From positions 248,001 to 312,000 of the forward strand of contig CAVNZM010000012.1 of NCBI GenBank assembly GCA_963693365.1: 64,000 nt of DNA. The letters run 5' to 3'. Position numbers and translations under genes: made by a program. This DNA comes from Amoebidium appalachense (lineage: Eukaryota > Protista > Ichthyosporea). This document shows positions 13,403 to 56,184 of this stretch, piece by piece (position 1 is the stretch's first letter; the number at the start of each line of letters is the position of its first letter). The notes beneath the pieces are model-generated. The model saw nothing but the letters and a program-made list of their open reading frames with translations. It did not search any database and was not told the DNA's origin.

Positions 13403-13621
13403 CCTCTTATCGCTCAGTGAGCCGCACCACCGGTCGGCACTTCAACTTGAAAGTTTCACCCGATGCCCCTCTGAGCTCGTCCTCCGGCCGAGCCCATTTC
13501 TTTTATGCCCAAACGTAGTCTCTCTACATGGTACGCTGCTGTACTAGGATTGAAACTGTAAACGCATGGCTGGGGCATATTCCATGTTCTAGGTCATCTC
13601 ACTGTTCTGCTGAGGTCGAAC

Positions 13622-31557
<17,936 letters not shown>

Positions 31558-31680
31558 ACACTCAGCCATAGCAGCCAAAGGACGGGGTGGCTGGCTGCAT
31601 GTGGGGGGGAGAGAGGGGTTGTGGGGGGGGGGGGTCGTCTTTCCGGATGATTGGATAGCATGTATGACTAGTAGAAAGTC

Positions 31681-31995
31681 GCGTATGGCTGGTGAGATAA
31701 TAATCTATGAAAATTATGATATTTGTGTATGGCAGTCGAGATAGTTATGCATGAAAATTAAGATATTGGCTGATGTGAATGAAAATTATGATATTTGTGT
31801 ATGGCTGGTGGGATAGTTATGTACGATAAATAACATATTGGCTGGTATGTTTGAAATTTTGAGATATTTGTAAGGGTGGTGAGATAGTTGTGTATGAAAA
31901 GTGAGACTTTGTGTATGGCTGGTGGAACATTTGTGTAGGACCGGTGGGATGTAGGAATGGTTGGATATTGGTGTATTACTGGTGGGATAGTAATT
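31681..31995. repeat. Degenerate AT-rich tandem array (TGTGTATGGCTGGTGRGATAGTT / ATGAAAATTATGATATT)
   Basis: Both motifs recur several times just 3' of the DDX11 stop. Confidence 0.7.
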
Positions 31996-33110
31996 TATAC
32001 CTACCAATAAAAGGCTGTTTGCTGCGTGACATGTCATGCATATTTCTTAAAGTGACTAGGTGTGCAGAATGCGTAGAATGGTATAAATTTTGCTTCGGGG
32101 CTTTCATGCATGCCGGTGTATCTCTACGTATTCCTACGGCTGCTAATACGCTACGACCCATGCTTGAATGTACATGTACGGCACTTTAACCGCGAATGGA
32201 ACGAATAAAGTATGTTTTTGTAAAGGAACGAAGGACATATGTGCCCTGTGTTAGGCCTGTGCGTGGAAGGGAAAAACAGACAACATGCAAGTGTGGCATG
32301 CACGTGCACGCTGCTGGTGCTTATGTGCTGTGTGGGTGCACGGGCATGTCCGGTGATCGATATCACGGGCAGAGTCTTTGGATCAGCCTAGGGACACAGT
32401 ATTTATTATTAAATTTTATGGTGGGAAGGGGGGTCCGGGACGTATCAGTAGACGGTGTTCACGTGTTACTGCCGTCGAATATATTTGGCATATGCATACA
32501 ATGGCACCGCTTGGTTTATTCGATCCCCCCCCCCGGGATTTCATATCACTGGTGGGGAGAGTTATAATGAAGGGTGCTGCTTTATTTGTGATCAACAATG
32601 ACATGATGTTTCGGTCCGGATGTTACCCACCTAGATTAGCGGTTTCAACATGTTTTTCGAGGCACCTGGCTCGTAGTGTAATGTTGACCGACCAAGGAGA
32701 TTAGTACGTGTGTGTGCACCGATTTCGACTTTTTGGCCAATGTGGTAGCTACGTTCTATTGGTCAGGGAGCATCACCTCCACAAACCACCGTTGAAGACC
32801 ACCAATAACGTGGGGTCTGCCTATTATGAGGTTGGGGACTGGGGGCACACATGGCACGTCATAGCATGTAATATGGCATGGCCACATGTTCAATGCGGTG
32901 TTCCACCCGACCCAGGTGTACATATTAGACGTAATGATGCCTGGGACACCATACCGTGGGCCATTTTTTCAATGCCATCAGCAATGAAGTTAGCGAATTG
33001 GTGAAATTCTCAGGGGACTATAATATTTTTTTTTTTTTTTGGGGGGGGGGGGGGGGAGGGGGGAGGGGGGGGGGGGGGGGATAAGCCTTGGAGGCGTGGG
33101 GGGAGGGTGT

Positions 33111-33141
<31 letters not shown>

Positions 33142-33889
33142 GGGGGTAAAGGAGGGCGGGGGGGGGAGGGTGTGGCAGGGGGGGGGGGGAGGGGGGCTAA
33201 ATCGAGCGCTCACAGTACGTGTACTGCAACTGCCTGTGTAATGCAAACACACACACACGTGTGTGTGTCCTAACATAGCAATTGACATATGCATGTTTGT
33301 GGTTGCACGTAGTACAGCGCACAGCTGTATGCCTGCCACGTGTGGTGGTGTACTGTGTGTGTGAAGACGACGTACGTATGTGCACGTGTCACATACGTAT
33401 AACTATAGATGGATAATGCGTACTTGTGTGTGCACGTGCTTATACCGTCGCATGTGCCCGTGTGTGCACCTTATATTTGTAATACAGTATGTGTGTATGT
33501 GTGCGCATGCCGACGCGTCAATAATGATTTGATGCTACATAGGCTGAAAAGTGTAACCCCCCCTCCCCCCCCCTCCCCCTCCCCCTCCCCCCCCCCTCCC
33601 CCCCCCCTCCCCCCCCCCCCCCCCCCGCCCCCCGTTCTCCCGAACCCTGCCACCCACTCACCCACTCACCCACACAACACCCACCCACCCCGTGCCATAA
33701 ACTCCACGGCCCTGCCGCCGCACAATTAGCTAAGACAAAACGATAACTACTTTTTAATATCGGCACACCCTTTTGAGTCTTGTGCAATCACTATGCTCGG
33801 GCGAATTGACGATACTAACTACATGTACGTGGTGGTGTCGGACTTGTTGCCTCATTATGTTAGCCGTTTCAAGAGGAGCCAGTAATCAC

Positions 33890-34236
33890 ACCAGCTGAAT
33901 AATATTATAACTGCGAGCAGAACGGGCCATTGCACGGACTAACGAAATCAGAATTGTTCTGCAAAAAGAAATATTATTCGATAGAAAACTTAACTGCAAC
34001 AGCACCTGATTCAGCAGAAGAGAAATTGCCAAAAACAAAAACAAAATTATCCTGCCAAAAAAATCATGATATATATCCCAGAATTATTGCACGAAAATGA
34101 AAAAAATGGAAAATTCTGCAGAAATACTCTGCAAAAAACAGTCACTCTGCAATCAGTGTTGTTCTGCAAAAAGCAAGTGAGTTGAACGATTCTGCTTTTG
34201 GGTCAATTAGGCAAGCAGAATCATTCTGCAGTCCTG
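33890..34236. mobile_element. Possible single end of a hAT-like element with subterminal TCTGCA/GCAGAA repeats
   Basis: Right end reads CAGGACTGCAGAATG on the minus strand. AT-rich body with many TCTGCAAAAA-like motifs. No partner TIR or TSD found. Confidence 0.3.
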
Positions 34237-34462
34237 CAGGAGGGGGCATGGGAGGAGGAGGAGGAGGGGGAGGGCAGGGGGGAGAGGATCCGGAAGGGTG
34301 GGGTGGGGGGGGGGGGGAGGGGGGGGGGGGGGGAGGGGGGTAATATCAGGGTTCGTTTGCGTGTGCGCGTCATTGCGTGCGTCTGGGACACTGTGTTTGT
34401 GTGCGTGCATGTGTATATGTGTCACGGTGTGTTGTTGTAGTTGTTGGAGGGGGGGTGGGTGT

Positions 34463-34521
<59 letters not shown>

Positions 34522-34870
34522 GATAATAGAGGGAGATCGGTGGATTGTATGTGCATGTGTGTGTGTGATGGATGTGTGTGTTCGTGTGTGCATGCGTGCG
34601 CGCGTGTGTGTGTTTGTGTGTGTGTATGTGCGTGCGTGTGCACGCGCGTGTGTACGTTTGTGTGCCTGGCTGTGTGTGTGTCTGTCTGTGTCTGTATGAA
34701 GGTGATTGCGTGCGTGTGTGCGCACACGCGTGCTTGCGCGCGCGCGCGCGTGTGTACTTCTATGTGTTTGCTTGTGTGTGTGTGTGTGTGTGTACATGTG
34801 TGTGTGTGTGTTCGTGCGTTTTTTATTTTTTCACGTTTTTTTCCCGGAGGACCCGTGTGTGTGAGTGCGT

Positions 34871-34973
<103 letters not shown>

Positions 34974-36649
34974 GTGTGTATGTGTGTGCCGGTGTGAGTG
35001 TGTGTCGAGAGGGGGAGGGGGGAGGGAGAGGGGGGGGAGGGAGGAGGGGGGGCATGCAGCCTGTAAGTAGGAACATCATGTTGAGTGCAATGACTCTGAA
35101 AGTGGAGCATACACCATACATGATGCTATTAAAGGTGATCTCATCCACTGGCAGAACATTGTTATCCGGATGTCACGGTGCAACACTATCTTTCAAAAAA
35201 CTATCCTCCCCCTAGCTTAGTGGGCCTCCCCCCCCCCCCCCCCCCCTCCCCACCCCCCCCCCCCAGGAGCAACCCCAGGAACCCCACGGCCCATCCCCCC
35301 CCCCCCCCCCCCCCGGCCGTGGGCCCCTCCCCCCCCCCCCCTCCCCTCCGCTTCCGCTCGTCACCCCACCACCACACACACACACACACACAAGCAAACT
35401 CTCACAACATCCAACTCTCACCCACACCACCCACCCACCCACCCACCCGACCCATGCCACGGGCTTAACAGAAGGCCTAACAGGCGCAGGTGGTGACTGT
35501 CTTAGCGATCCATGATGTGTGACGTTCGTTTCGAAATCAAGCAGGCTGCACGCAGGCGTGAGTGCGTGCGTGTGAGTGCACGTCCGTGTGGGTTTATGTG
35601 TGTGTGCGGTGTGCGTGTGTTTGGAGGGGTCCCGGGGGAGGGGAGGGGGGAGACACGAGATTCAAGTGAGGGGCGGCCCCCGAAGGTTCAACACGAGGGC
35701 CTCATCTGCATCCCCGGAATACAAACAGCTGCGACAAATGATTGGTTACCATCAGATGCAAATAATGAGCTACGTAGATGCACAAATTAAAAACAGCCCT
35801 CGCACATTCCTAGATTGCTTTTCATGGAACGTCATTAGCTTTGGGGTTATTGATTGGTGGTCAAATACCTAGCTGCAGGGCCCGAACTCAGGGTGTGAAA
35901 GTAGTGTTTTGGTCACGCCAAGTTGGCAAGGCGGGCACCGGCCGTCCGGGTCCCGAACCGTCCTAGGCCTGACAATGTTTTTCCTCATCATGCTTTTTAA
36001 AAAAAAAAAATGTTAGTTGTAATACATACTCGTGATGCTAGGGACGCTTTTCGCCGGATAGAAACTTGGTGGCCCTTCCTGAGGAAGCAGGCTGCCCCAG
36101 AGCCCCTACACTGTACGTAGCTTGTAATTTTATGAGCTCAGCCAGTCTCCACACATTCGGCTACTGCAGCGCTCACAGGGCTAGCGCTTCACCTGCGCAC
36201 TGGGGCACGAAGTTGCATACGTCATATCGCACATTATTCGTGGCCGTTAAGGGGCTCCTACGACTCAGTGTGGTCACTAGCTAGGCCAGGATCCGCGTGA
36301 GGAAGGCAGTTGTGTACAGTAGTAGTGCGTACTCAACAGACCTGACCTAAGGGTTGTTGCATGACCTTGTCTGCAAAATGTTCATTCACCTCAGGCTTAG
36401 AGTTCTTGTGCTCCAAACTGTGTAGATGCAAGATAGTAACCTTCCGTCACAGACTTTGGTTTCGCATCACACACAGAACCGAAACAGCAGCAACTGTTGC
36501 AGGGAGAGACAAGTCATTCGCAGTTTATTCGTCAAACAGGGGACCCCAGGTCCACCACATACGGAAAAATACCAGGCATATTGCTGGACGTGTAAGGTGT
36601 AACGGTAAATACAACGTTCATACAGATACAGGGACTCAATCATACGGTC

Positions 36650-38793
36650 CTACTGGCCTTGGCCCGTGAACAATGCCGTCGGGCGCACAAAGGCAGACGG
36701 GCCCTCCCCTAGCCGCAGTGTGGGCTTGGTGGGTGAGGGGGTTTGGGGTGCCTGTAGAGGGGTCAGGTCAGTTAGCCATGCTGGAGGAGAAGTTGAGAGT
36801 GTTGGGTGTGTGTGCGTGCACGTGCGTATGTGTCCGTGCGAGTGTTTGTGTGTTTGTTTGGGGGTAGGGGTGTGGTGTGTGTGAAGGGAAAGGGGGGGGG
36901 GGGGGGGGGGGGGGAGGTATACATAAGGCAGCGGAGTTGAGCTGACCAGAGGAGGGGTGAGAGGGGACAACGGGTGACAAAAGGAGGGTGGAGGTAGAGG
37001 CACATCTTTCATGCCGACAGCAAAAGCACAACGGACATAAAAACACGAACGTGTTGAGAGATGTATTTTTTTGTTTGCTTTTTTTTTGGCCCCGGGCAAG
37101 GGGGGGGGGGGGGGGGGGGGCAGACAACGACAGGCAACACCGCTCTTTACAAGCACCAGAAAAATGCTCATCCTGTGCCAGCTGCTCCCCGCGCTGCACA
37201 AAACCAATCACCCTTTTCTAGCCGTACACCCATCACTCCCAGCAATATCCCATTTAAGTCTATATCTCTCTTTGTGTGTGTGCTATGTGAATTTTGCGTC
37301 CACAACCATGGCCTACTACAGCGTGCAGTATGCAGGCAATGAATAGGTAACCCACCACAGACACGGACAGCGTGTTGCCTGGCAGGGTGGCACACGGTCT
37401 CCTCAGGTGGCGGTTGGTTGGTGGCCGGGGCACTGCCAGAAGGTTGGGGGGGCTGGGCAGGCAGTAGGAGGGGGCATGGCCCTCTCTCATCCTGATGGCG
37501 TCGGGGGCAGGCGCCTGCAGCCAGAAGAAAGGAAAAACGAGTGAACACATATGTTGGCAGAGACGAAGAGCAGTAGCGTGCCATTCCAAAGATCCAGCCA
37601 CTTCTTTTTAACTACAACATGACGTGTCTGAAGCATGAGCATCTACTATGATCATAACGTGCACATACCTGCTTAAGTACAAACTTCTCCTCTCAGCACG
37701 TCTACTCGAACGAAAGTGACTAAATATTACAACCCTGTGTTGGGACAATAAAGGTCTGCACGCTGTCTGCACGAGGAGGTTGTATGAGGGGATGCAAGCA
37801 GCAAGTGCACAGGGGCACACATATGTAATGTGGGCAAGAGCACACACCCTTTCTGTGTTTAGTGTTGGGGGGGCTGTTCGGTTTGTCTGTATGGCCTCCA
37901 GTTCTGGGTCGTCCCGGTCTAGAAGGTGGGCCCCGGCCAGGCAACGGCACACACCCCTAGTGCTGCCGGCAGTGGAGAAGGAGAGCTGCCGCTTGGGCAC
38001 CTGCACATGGGGACATAAGACAGGGTCGCAGTATAAAGCATGACTATGTGCTGAAGCTTGCTTTGTTTTGTGGCTTTCGTGCATCTCCCTCATAACACAC
38101 CACAAACACCCCAACAACTGGCTTAACCCTCCTTTGAGCAGTCAAACAACGTTCCGCAGCAGCAAAGAACTTAGAAAGGAAGGAAACTACGAAAACAAGC
38201 GTTTTTGTTTACCATACTGTGCGCACGTGTACACGAGTTTTTTCTCTCCTTCTCGAGGCCAGGTAAGGGAGGGGGGGGGGAGGGGGCTGGGGCACACCTT
38301 GTGTGGGCTGGGGTGCTTTGCAGTTTTTGTTACACCCGCACGCCTTCTACTCCTCAGTAGCTCGTGCGTGAGCAAACCCACAGGCTGGACCGTAAGGGGG
38401 CGGGTGGTGGGTGTTTTGGGTGTGAGGGCCTCCCCATCACCTGCATGCTGGGCTGATGCACTTCTCGCTTTAGTGTGAATAACCTGCACGGGTAGGTGTC
38501 AGCACACAACCACCCTAGTAAAGAGTATCTAATCTGCACAGAAAGCACACAGAAGCTAAAATGCACCTCGGAAAAAAGCATGTGGGCGGGAGTGACTCAA
38601 ACCTTTGCGGGTGTGCTGTCAGTCCACAGGGGGTCAGGTCCGATAGCAGCCAAGGGCTGGGCGGACAGGACACCGACCTCTGTGCAGCTCATAGTGCACA
38701 CTGCAAGGGTGGACAAGGGCACAATTAGGGCGCGGTGGTGCTATCATATACGGCCGTAACAAAAAAGATACAACAGGCCGATTGGTGTGTAAT

Positions 38794-38830
<37 letters not shown>

Positions 38831-39330
38831 GGCTGTGCTTCAACGCAGTGCGTAAGGTGTGGAGGGAGTCAGCGCAAACAAACGGCGAACCACGGACAGG
38901 TATGCCGCCTATCAAATCTAGTGCACGTAAGTGCATGTCCTCCTCTAAGCACATAGCTCCTAAAAACATTACATAACTGCAGGACTGGCAAGACTCTTCA
39001 TCTCTTTTCTGCGCAGGGGCCCGCATGAGCACTTATACATACGCGTCGGTTGAAAAACGCGCGGACGGTGCAAGTGTAAACAATCCATATAAGAGACCAT
39101 ACGCCGCCACAGTATACGCTTCTCACCTCCACGTCAAAGCACTTGTTTTATTCGCAAGGTTATATCGCTTCTTCTCTCCTCGCGTCACCAGAGAGCCTCA
39201 CAATAACATAAGCAAATACGCATAGCATATCAGTTGTTGACCAGATGTACACGTTGCCGCGAAACTGAAGGGATGGCGCCAAGTGTTGTGTCTTTATGTA
39301 CTCCGAAATGCCCAGCAAATGAGAACACAT
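36650..39330 (-). CDS. Hypothetical multi-exon gene with a Cys/His-rich N-terminus and low-complexity C-terminus
   Basis: Phase-consistent exons 39330-39220, 39008-38927, 38700-38603, 38483-38298, 38000-37848 give MCSHLLGISEYIKTQHL...DMLCKRDEESCQSCSYVMFLGAMCLEEDMHLLCTMSC. Further candidate exons at ~37767-37669, ~37514-37356, ~37192-37156 and a last exon ending at TAG 36650, with AATAAA near 36525. The 3' phase is ambiguous. No family recognised. Confidence 0.55.
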
Positions 39331-39360
39331 GATCTTTATCCAATGCGATACGATTTTGGT

Positions 39361-39440
39361 GATGTGCGCCAATCATAATTCGAAATGTAGTTAATTGGCG
39401 CGAGCCTTGATTGTCAGTTTGCTTGGCCGGTTTTCCGCGC
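39361..39440 (-). promoter_or_regulatory. Promoter motif cluster upstream of the orphan gene (CCAAT boxes, E2F-like sites)
   Basis: CCAAT 39369-39373, ATTGGCGCG ~39394-39402, TTTTCCGCGC 39431-39440. Confidence 0.35.
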
Positions 39441-40675
39441 CTTTGGAGGGAGCCACCGGAGGAACCGAGTGGATGCGCCCCTCAACGATGCAAAGAAAAT
39501 AAAAAATAAAAAGGAAACAACAAAGGAGTGGCCTGGTAGTCTATATCGAGAAAGTCTCATGCAGCAGACTCACAATAACTATGCTTAGTACTCTGCTCTT
39601 TTTTCAGATGACATATGATCATCAATGCGCTCAGAAAAATGAGATGCTTGTTGAAACCTCTGTGTCCGAACTGCCACAGCGCACACAATTCTTGATAAGT
39701 ACAAACGTAACAGAGAGTAAAGGCATTGGGTATGCAACGCGTGACGGAGTGCTTTTATTACCGTGCCTAGCTCACAGGACAAGGATGCGCAAACAGGTGA
39801 CAACGCTTGTACACCCTAACATGGATGCATGGAGCAACGGCGAAACGATGCAAGCACGATGTTATTGAATCTCGGGAAGGGGCAAAAAAAAAAACGACTG
39901 TTACTGAAATAAAGGACTATACAGAACGCCATTGCCCTTTCTTTCGACCTTGCTGCCATCAAAAGGAAGCACCTTACCTCAAGTTATGATAGTAAGCTCC
40001 AGTTGTGTTGCGTTCGCTTGCACTGTGGCGATGGCACGCACAGTCTTTGTGCAAAAAGACAACGGAGTTCTGGACGGCAGCTGCGTTGCAGTTGTGTGTG
40101 CCTGTTTGGCGGCAACTATAGGCGTGCGAGACATAAACTAGTATATGCGGCATAGAGGTCGAAAAAGCAGGTAGTACTGAGTAGCTGAGATCTGGCATCG
40201 GTTCAGTCACAAGCTGGTCTATTAAATTTGCCCACCATATATATGCATCACACGGTGTGACGCCTACTTACTCAGGCTCAACAAGACGAACCAGTAGTGG
40301 CCTACATGCAAGGGCTGCTGTGTGCTGCACGTTCACAGGTTACGGTCACTATTAGCTGCACACTGTCTCAGGCCACAGTCTGCGCCGTGCGTTGACCTGT
40401 AGTCAAGTGTAGCACGGACGGCATGGCAGGATGGGAAATTCAGACCTTTTTTCTCGGTATTTTTTCAAGCCCCGGTGTATTTTCGCCCGGGGGGTATGGT
40501 ATTTTTCTTCCCAAGTCAATGGAGGATAAAGGAGGGGTCCTACTGTAACTTACCATGAAACTTGCGGGGGCTTACCATAAACTGAAATTTTGATGGTATT
40601 TTTGAAAACTTTTGGGTATTTTTTACCGTAAAAACGGGGTTATGGTCGGGCTTGATGGGCCGGTGTACTTCTGTA

Positions 40676-41514
40676 CAGGGATGTGTCGGGTTGGGTCGAC
40701 CCGAGAACCAACCCGGCCGGGTCGGCGTTACCCAACCCCGACCCGGGGCATTTTTGCTCAAACCCGGTCGGCTTTATGACCCGGCGGGTCAGACCCGTAC
40801 CCAGCCCGACCGATGGCTCTGACCCGGTCAGTTCCCGCCGGGTCAGGGTAAAGCATGATATATTAACCATAATAAGTAGTAAATTTGGATTGATAATTGG
40901 TTTTCAGGGATTGCACAGTGAACTAATAACAATACAGTATTTTAATCATGTCCATATATGGTAGTATAAACATTGCCGAGGCATAGTTAGCTATAGTAGT
41001 AGAGTACTGAGGCTAGGCTAGCGCTTTAATATAAAAAGAGAAAGAAAAAGAAAAAGAAAAAAGAGAGAGACAATCGTAACTGCTGTGCACGTTACGTTGT
41101 GTTTGCTTTAGTCACCACTACCCAGCTCTATATAATCAAGTTGTAAGCCGCAAGCACACGAGCACTGTCTGTTCACATGTAGACACCATGCGTGGAAAAG
41201 CCACACACACACCGCGAGCACATGTGCACACACAGCACGCACGCACGCAAGCATATCACACACACCGTGACACGTGCACAAACACACACACACACACACA
41301 CACGAATACATGTACACACGTATATATGGCCAGTCCGGGCGAGCACCCGAGGTTTTCGCATTTGGTAACCCGCGGGTCAACCCGATCACAAGGGTCCAAG
41401 ACCCAAGAACCAACCCGGTCCGGACCGAAAAAAAGACGACCCAGGCCCGAGATCCACCCGGTCTTTTCGTAAACCCGCCCGAGACCCACCCGGCCAGTGA
41501 CCGACACATCCCTG
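40676..41514. mobile_element. Non-autonomous hAT-superfamily DNA transposon (MITE-like), 839 bp
   Basis: Perfect 14-bp TIR CAGGGATGTGTCGG (40676-40689) / CCGACACATCCCTG (41501-41514). Perfect 8-bp TSD CTTCTGTA at 40668-40675 and 41515-41522. Many subterminal ACCCG/CGGGT repeats. No transposase ORF. Confidence 0.93.
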
Positions 41515-43176
41515 CTTCTGTAGCTATAGGGAAGGACGACACATTCCAGCGTGCATTCCAACGGATGGTGATAAGTAGATGGCGATGGCTGATTGGCTAA
41601 GCTAATTGCCCGGTAACAAGTAGTACAAGTACCACAAATAGCCTGTTCTGATTCGTTGTTGACGATATACAAAGTGCCTGATTGGCCGAAGGATTACATA
41701 GATCGACATGCCGCCGTGACACTCTTTCCGGGCGCAGCCTACAACCGCGCATACATGCCGCCTATGTATACGAATTTATCCCTTTTCCTCCATAAGGATT
41801 TTCTTTGAACATATATAACATAGTGTGCGCTTGAGGTGTGGGCGCATGTGTGTGGGCATATGTACCTGTCTGTCAGCGGGTCTGCGAGTTCACCAGTGCT
41901 GAAAAACGAATCCTCATCATTGCCATGGCCGTGGCCATTCCCCTCCATATAGATCTCCTACTGCCGATGTGATTTTTGTGTGTGCAACTATTGTGTGGCT
42001 TTATGCTCCACGTGTACGTAGGCTTGACAAATGCGTGCAGCATGGGCATCCGCTTTTCGGTAATAATCACGTAGGAGCCTCAGGGCCAAACCATGCATGT
42101 ACAGTGCGCATGCTGGTTACTATCTATGTAGTAAATTGCGCATACAGGTACTGGAAGGAAGAACCTGAGCTGCCAGTCAATTTTGAAGCGATATTTGAAA
42201 CCTTTTATTTTTTGTTTCCACACATTTCTCTCTTTCTAGGATCTTGATTCTTCCTTTCCTTCTTTTCTTTTTTTTTGGTTACAAGATTTAAGGTGGGGGG
42301 GGGGGGGGGGGGGGGGGGGGGTGCGGGTGGATGCGTTACATGTAGGTGTGGGTGGGCCCCTGGGTGGGTCTAATTTGGGGCGGTGGTGGTGGGGGCCAAT
42401 GGTGGTGCTGGTGGTGGTGGTGGTGGGTATTACGATACTCCGACCCAATGACCCTTGCCTATGCAATGCCCTTCACGATATATTTATATTATTTATTTGC
42501 ACACGGTCACACACCTTGTTTAAAGCACGTGGCACCAGCGGTGGATTGCGCATATGATGGGACTCCTAATACGTAATTTATACAGTGAACCATTACACTT
42601 AGAGCTATAACTCATGACCTAGGGTCTGTTCATATGTACAAATAGTGTGCTCCATCATCGGCACATAGCTCAAATACATTCGATTACACGAAAAAAATAT
42701 TCGAAACAACATAGCAGTCGATAACTTTCGTGAACATGCAATCTCGAGTTGGGACTGAAGTCAGAAACATTCATTCAAACCACCGAGAAGAATGCATTTT
42801 TTCAGGTGTTGTATAGGTGTGTTCTACATATGTGTGCACCCAAGATGTGGTCGTCGGGGTGACCCGGAGAAGCACAGAAGAGGAGGGGAGGGGGAGGGGG
42901 GGGGGGGGGGGGGTTGCGTGCGAGTCCTTCAGGTAATACTACGTGTGTATGTGCATGTGTGTATGTGATCAATTTGGGGCCGAGGTACTCCTTTGCCGGT
43001 GTATGGGCCACATGGCAGCAACAGAAACCACCCTCAACCCACAGTGCGCGAATGGATAGAACAGATTGTAAGGCTGGGGTTTACACACTTTTATTGTATG
43101 CATGTTTGTATGTGTGTGTGCGTGTGTGTGTATTCTTTGTTTGGGGAGGGGGGAAGGGGGGCATGTGCAGGCGATG

Positions 43177-54752
<11,576 letters not shown>

Positions 54753-55809
54753 GGTAAAGCTCGGCGCTGGAAACCGGTAATAATTTGTGATCGGGCGGGT
54801 GTGTATGTGAGATGTGTGAGATGCGTGTGGGCACGGATGTGCATGTGCGTGAGAAGTGTGTGTGTGTGTGGTGTGTGTGTGTGTGTTGTGTGTGTGTGTG
54901 TGTGTGCGTGTGCGTGTGCGTGTGTGTACGTCTGTGTGCTGCTATAAACCACCCAATCCTGCTGTGCGCGGACACCGTGACACACACGAAGCTGCAGCCA
55001 GCAGAAATCTAGTCTAGTAGCCTCTCAGGCCTCTACCATCGAAAACACGAAAGTGGACGGTGCCCGACGCCGCTGCAGACTCAAGAAGCGGTTACGTGAT
55101 AGCCCAAGATCTGAGCTCTCCACCAATCATAGATGGTTTATTCTAGCTATATTTGGTTCAGAATACAACGTGCTTACTGGTTGCTTTTTGTACTGCTTCA
55201 ATGAAAAAGAAGAGCACACACAAAGAGCATGCTTCAATTGCATATGGAGAGACACTCAGGAGAAAGGGGAGGGGGGGGGGGGGGGGGGGGGGGGCTTTGC
55301 TCTCCGGCAGGAAGCTATAAAAATAAAAGATATTTCGCATAAAGCAATGCAGCATAAGCTAGCTTACGCCTCTCGGGGGATTTACACATTCACTTGCGAT
55401 TGCCATACAGATATTAGTGTTAGTTTGAATGAAATGCAACCATGACGTTTATTCACCTGCCCTGCCCACAACCTTTTGTCTAATTTCCATACTCGTGCTT
55501 ATCTGATACAGCGTAATAAATGCGGGATGCATATTTGATTTACCGTCAGTATTCCTGCATGCTGCAGGCGGGAAAGGTAACTGTCCCCTCATATTTACAT
55601 GATCGTACATGTATGTACATATATCAAATGACTATCTCTCCGGGCCAGCCCGTTTGCTTACATGCATGACTGTTGCACATTTTTTGCATATATTCAAGGC
55701 ACGTAATTCATATGTGCATATCTCCATGCACTTTTGTGCCCCATGCCAGCAAGCGCCCGCACCTGCCACTATTTCTAAAACCCCCACCTTCCATATAAGG
55801 CTAAAACAT

Positions 55810-56150
55810 CTACACGGACATGGACATATTGTCGTCGTCTTGGTTGCTGGGCACGTTGATCACCGCCTCAGAGTCATCATCCACTTCTTCCGTCACACCC
55901 TGCACACACACAGTCAACACTGGGTCACCCTTTGTGACACATACATGGAAGAATAACTATCAGAACCAAACCAGTTTCCATAACCGCACCTGCCTGAAAT
56001 TCGACTTTTCAAACCAAAATGTCTTCAAAACATTGACAACAAAAGTCTCTGAGCGTGTAAGTCGGACATGCTCAAAATCCAACGACATACGCAAGGAATT
56101 TTAACAAGCCTGCGGAAAGAGGGGGATAGAGGTGTGTGTGTGTGTGGGGG

Positions 56151-56184
<34 letters not shown>

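Noticed and set aside
35680-35872. VIDWWS peptide resembling a hAT dimerisation domain motif
   Set aside because: A stop follows almost immediately and the downstream conserved residues of that domain are absent.
39581-40141. Short plus-strand ORFs divergent from the orphan gene
   Set aside because: Could not be joined into a consistent spliced frame and show no recognisable motif.
41739-41948. MEGNGHGHGNDEDSFF... minus-strand ORF with a donor-like site near 41864
   Set aside because: No downstream exon could be linked, so there is not enough evidence for a gene.
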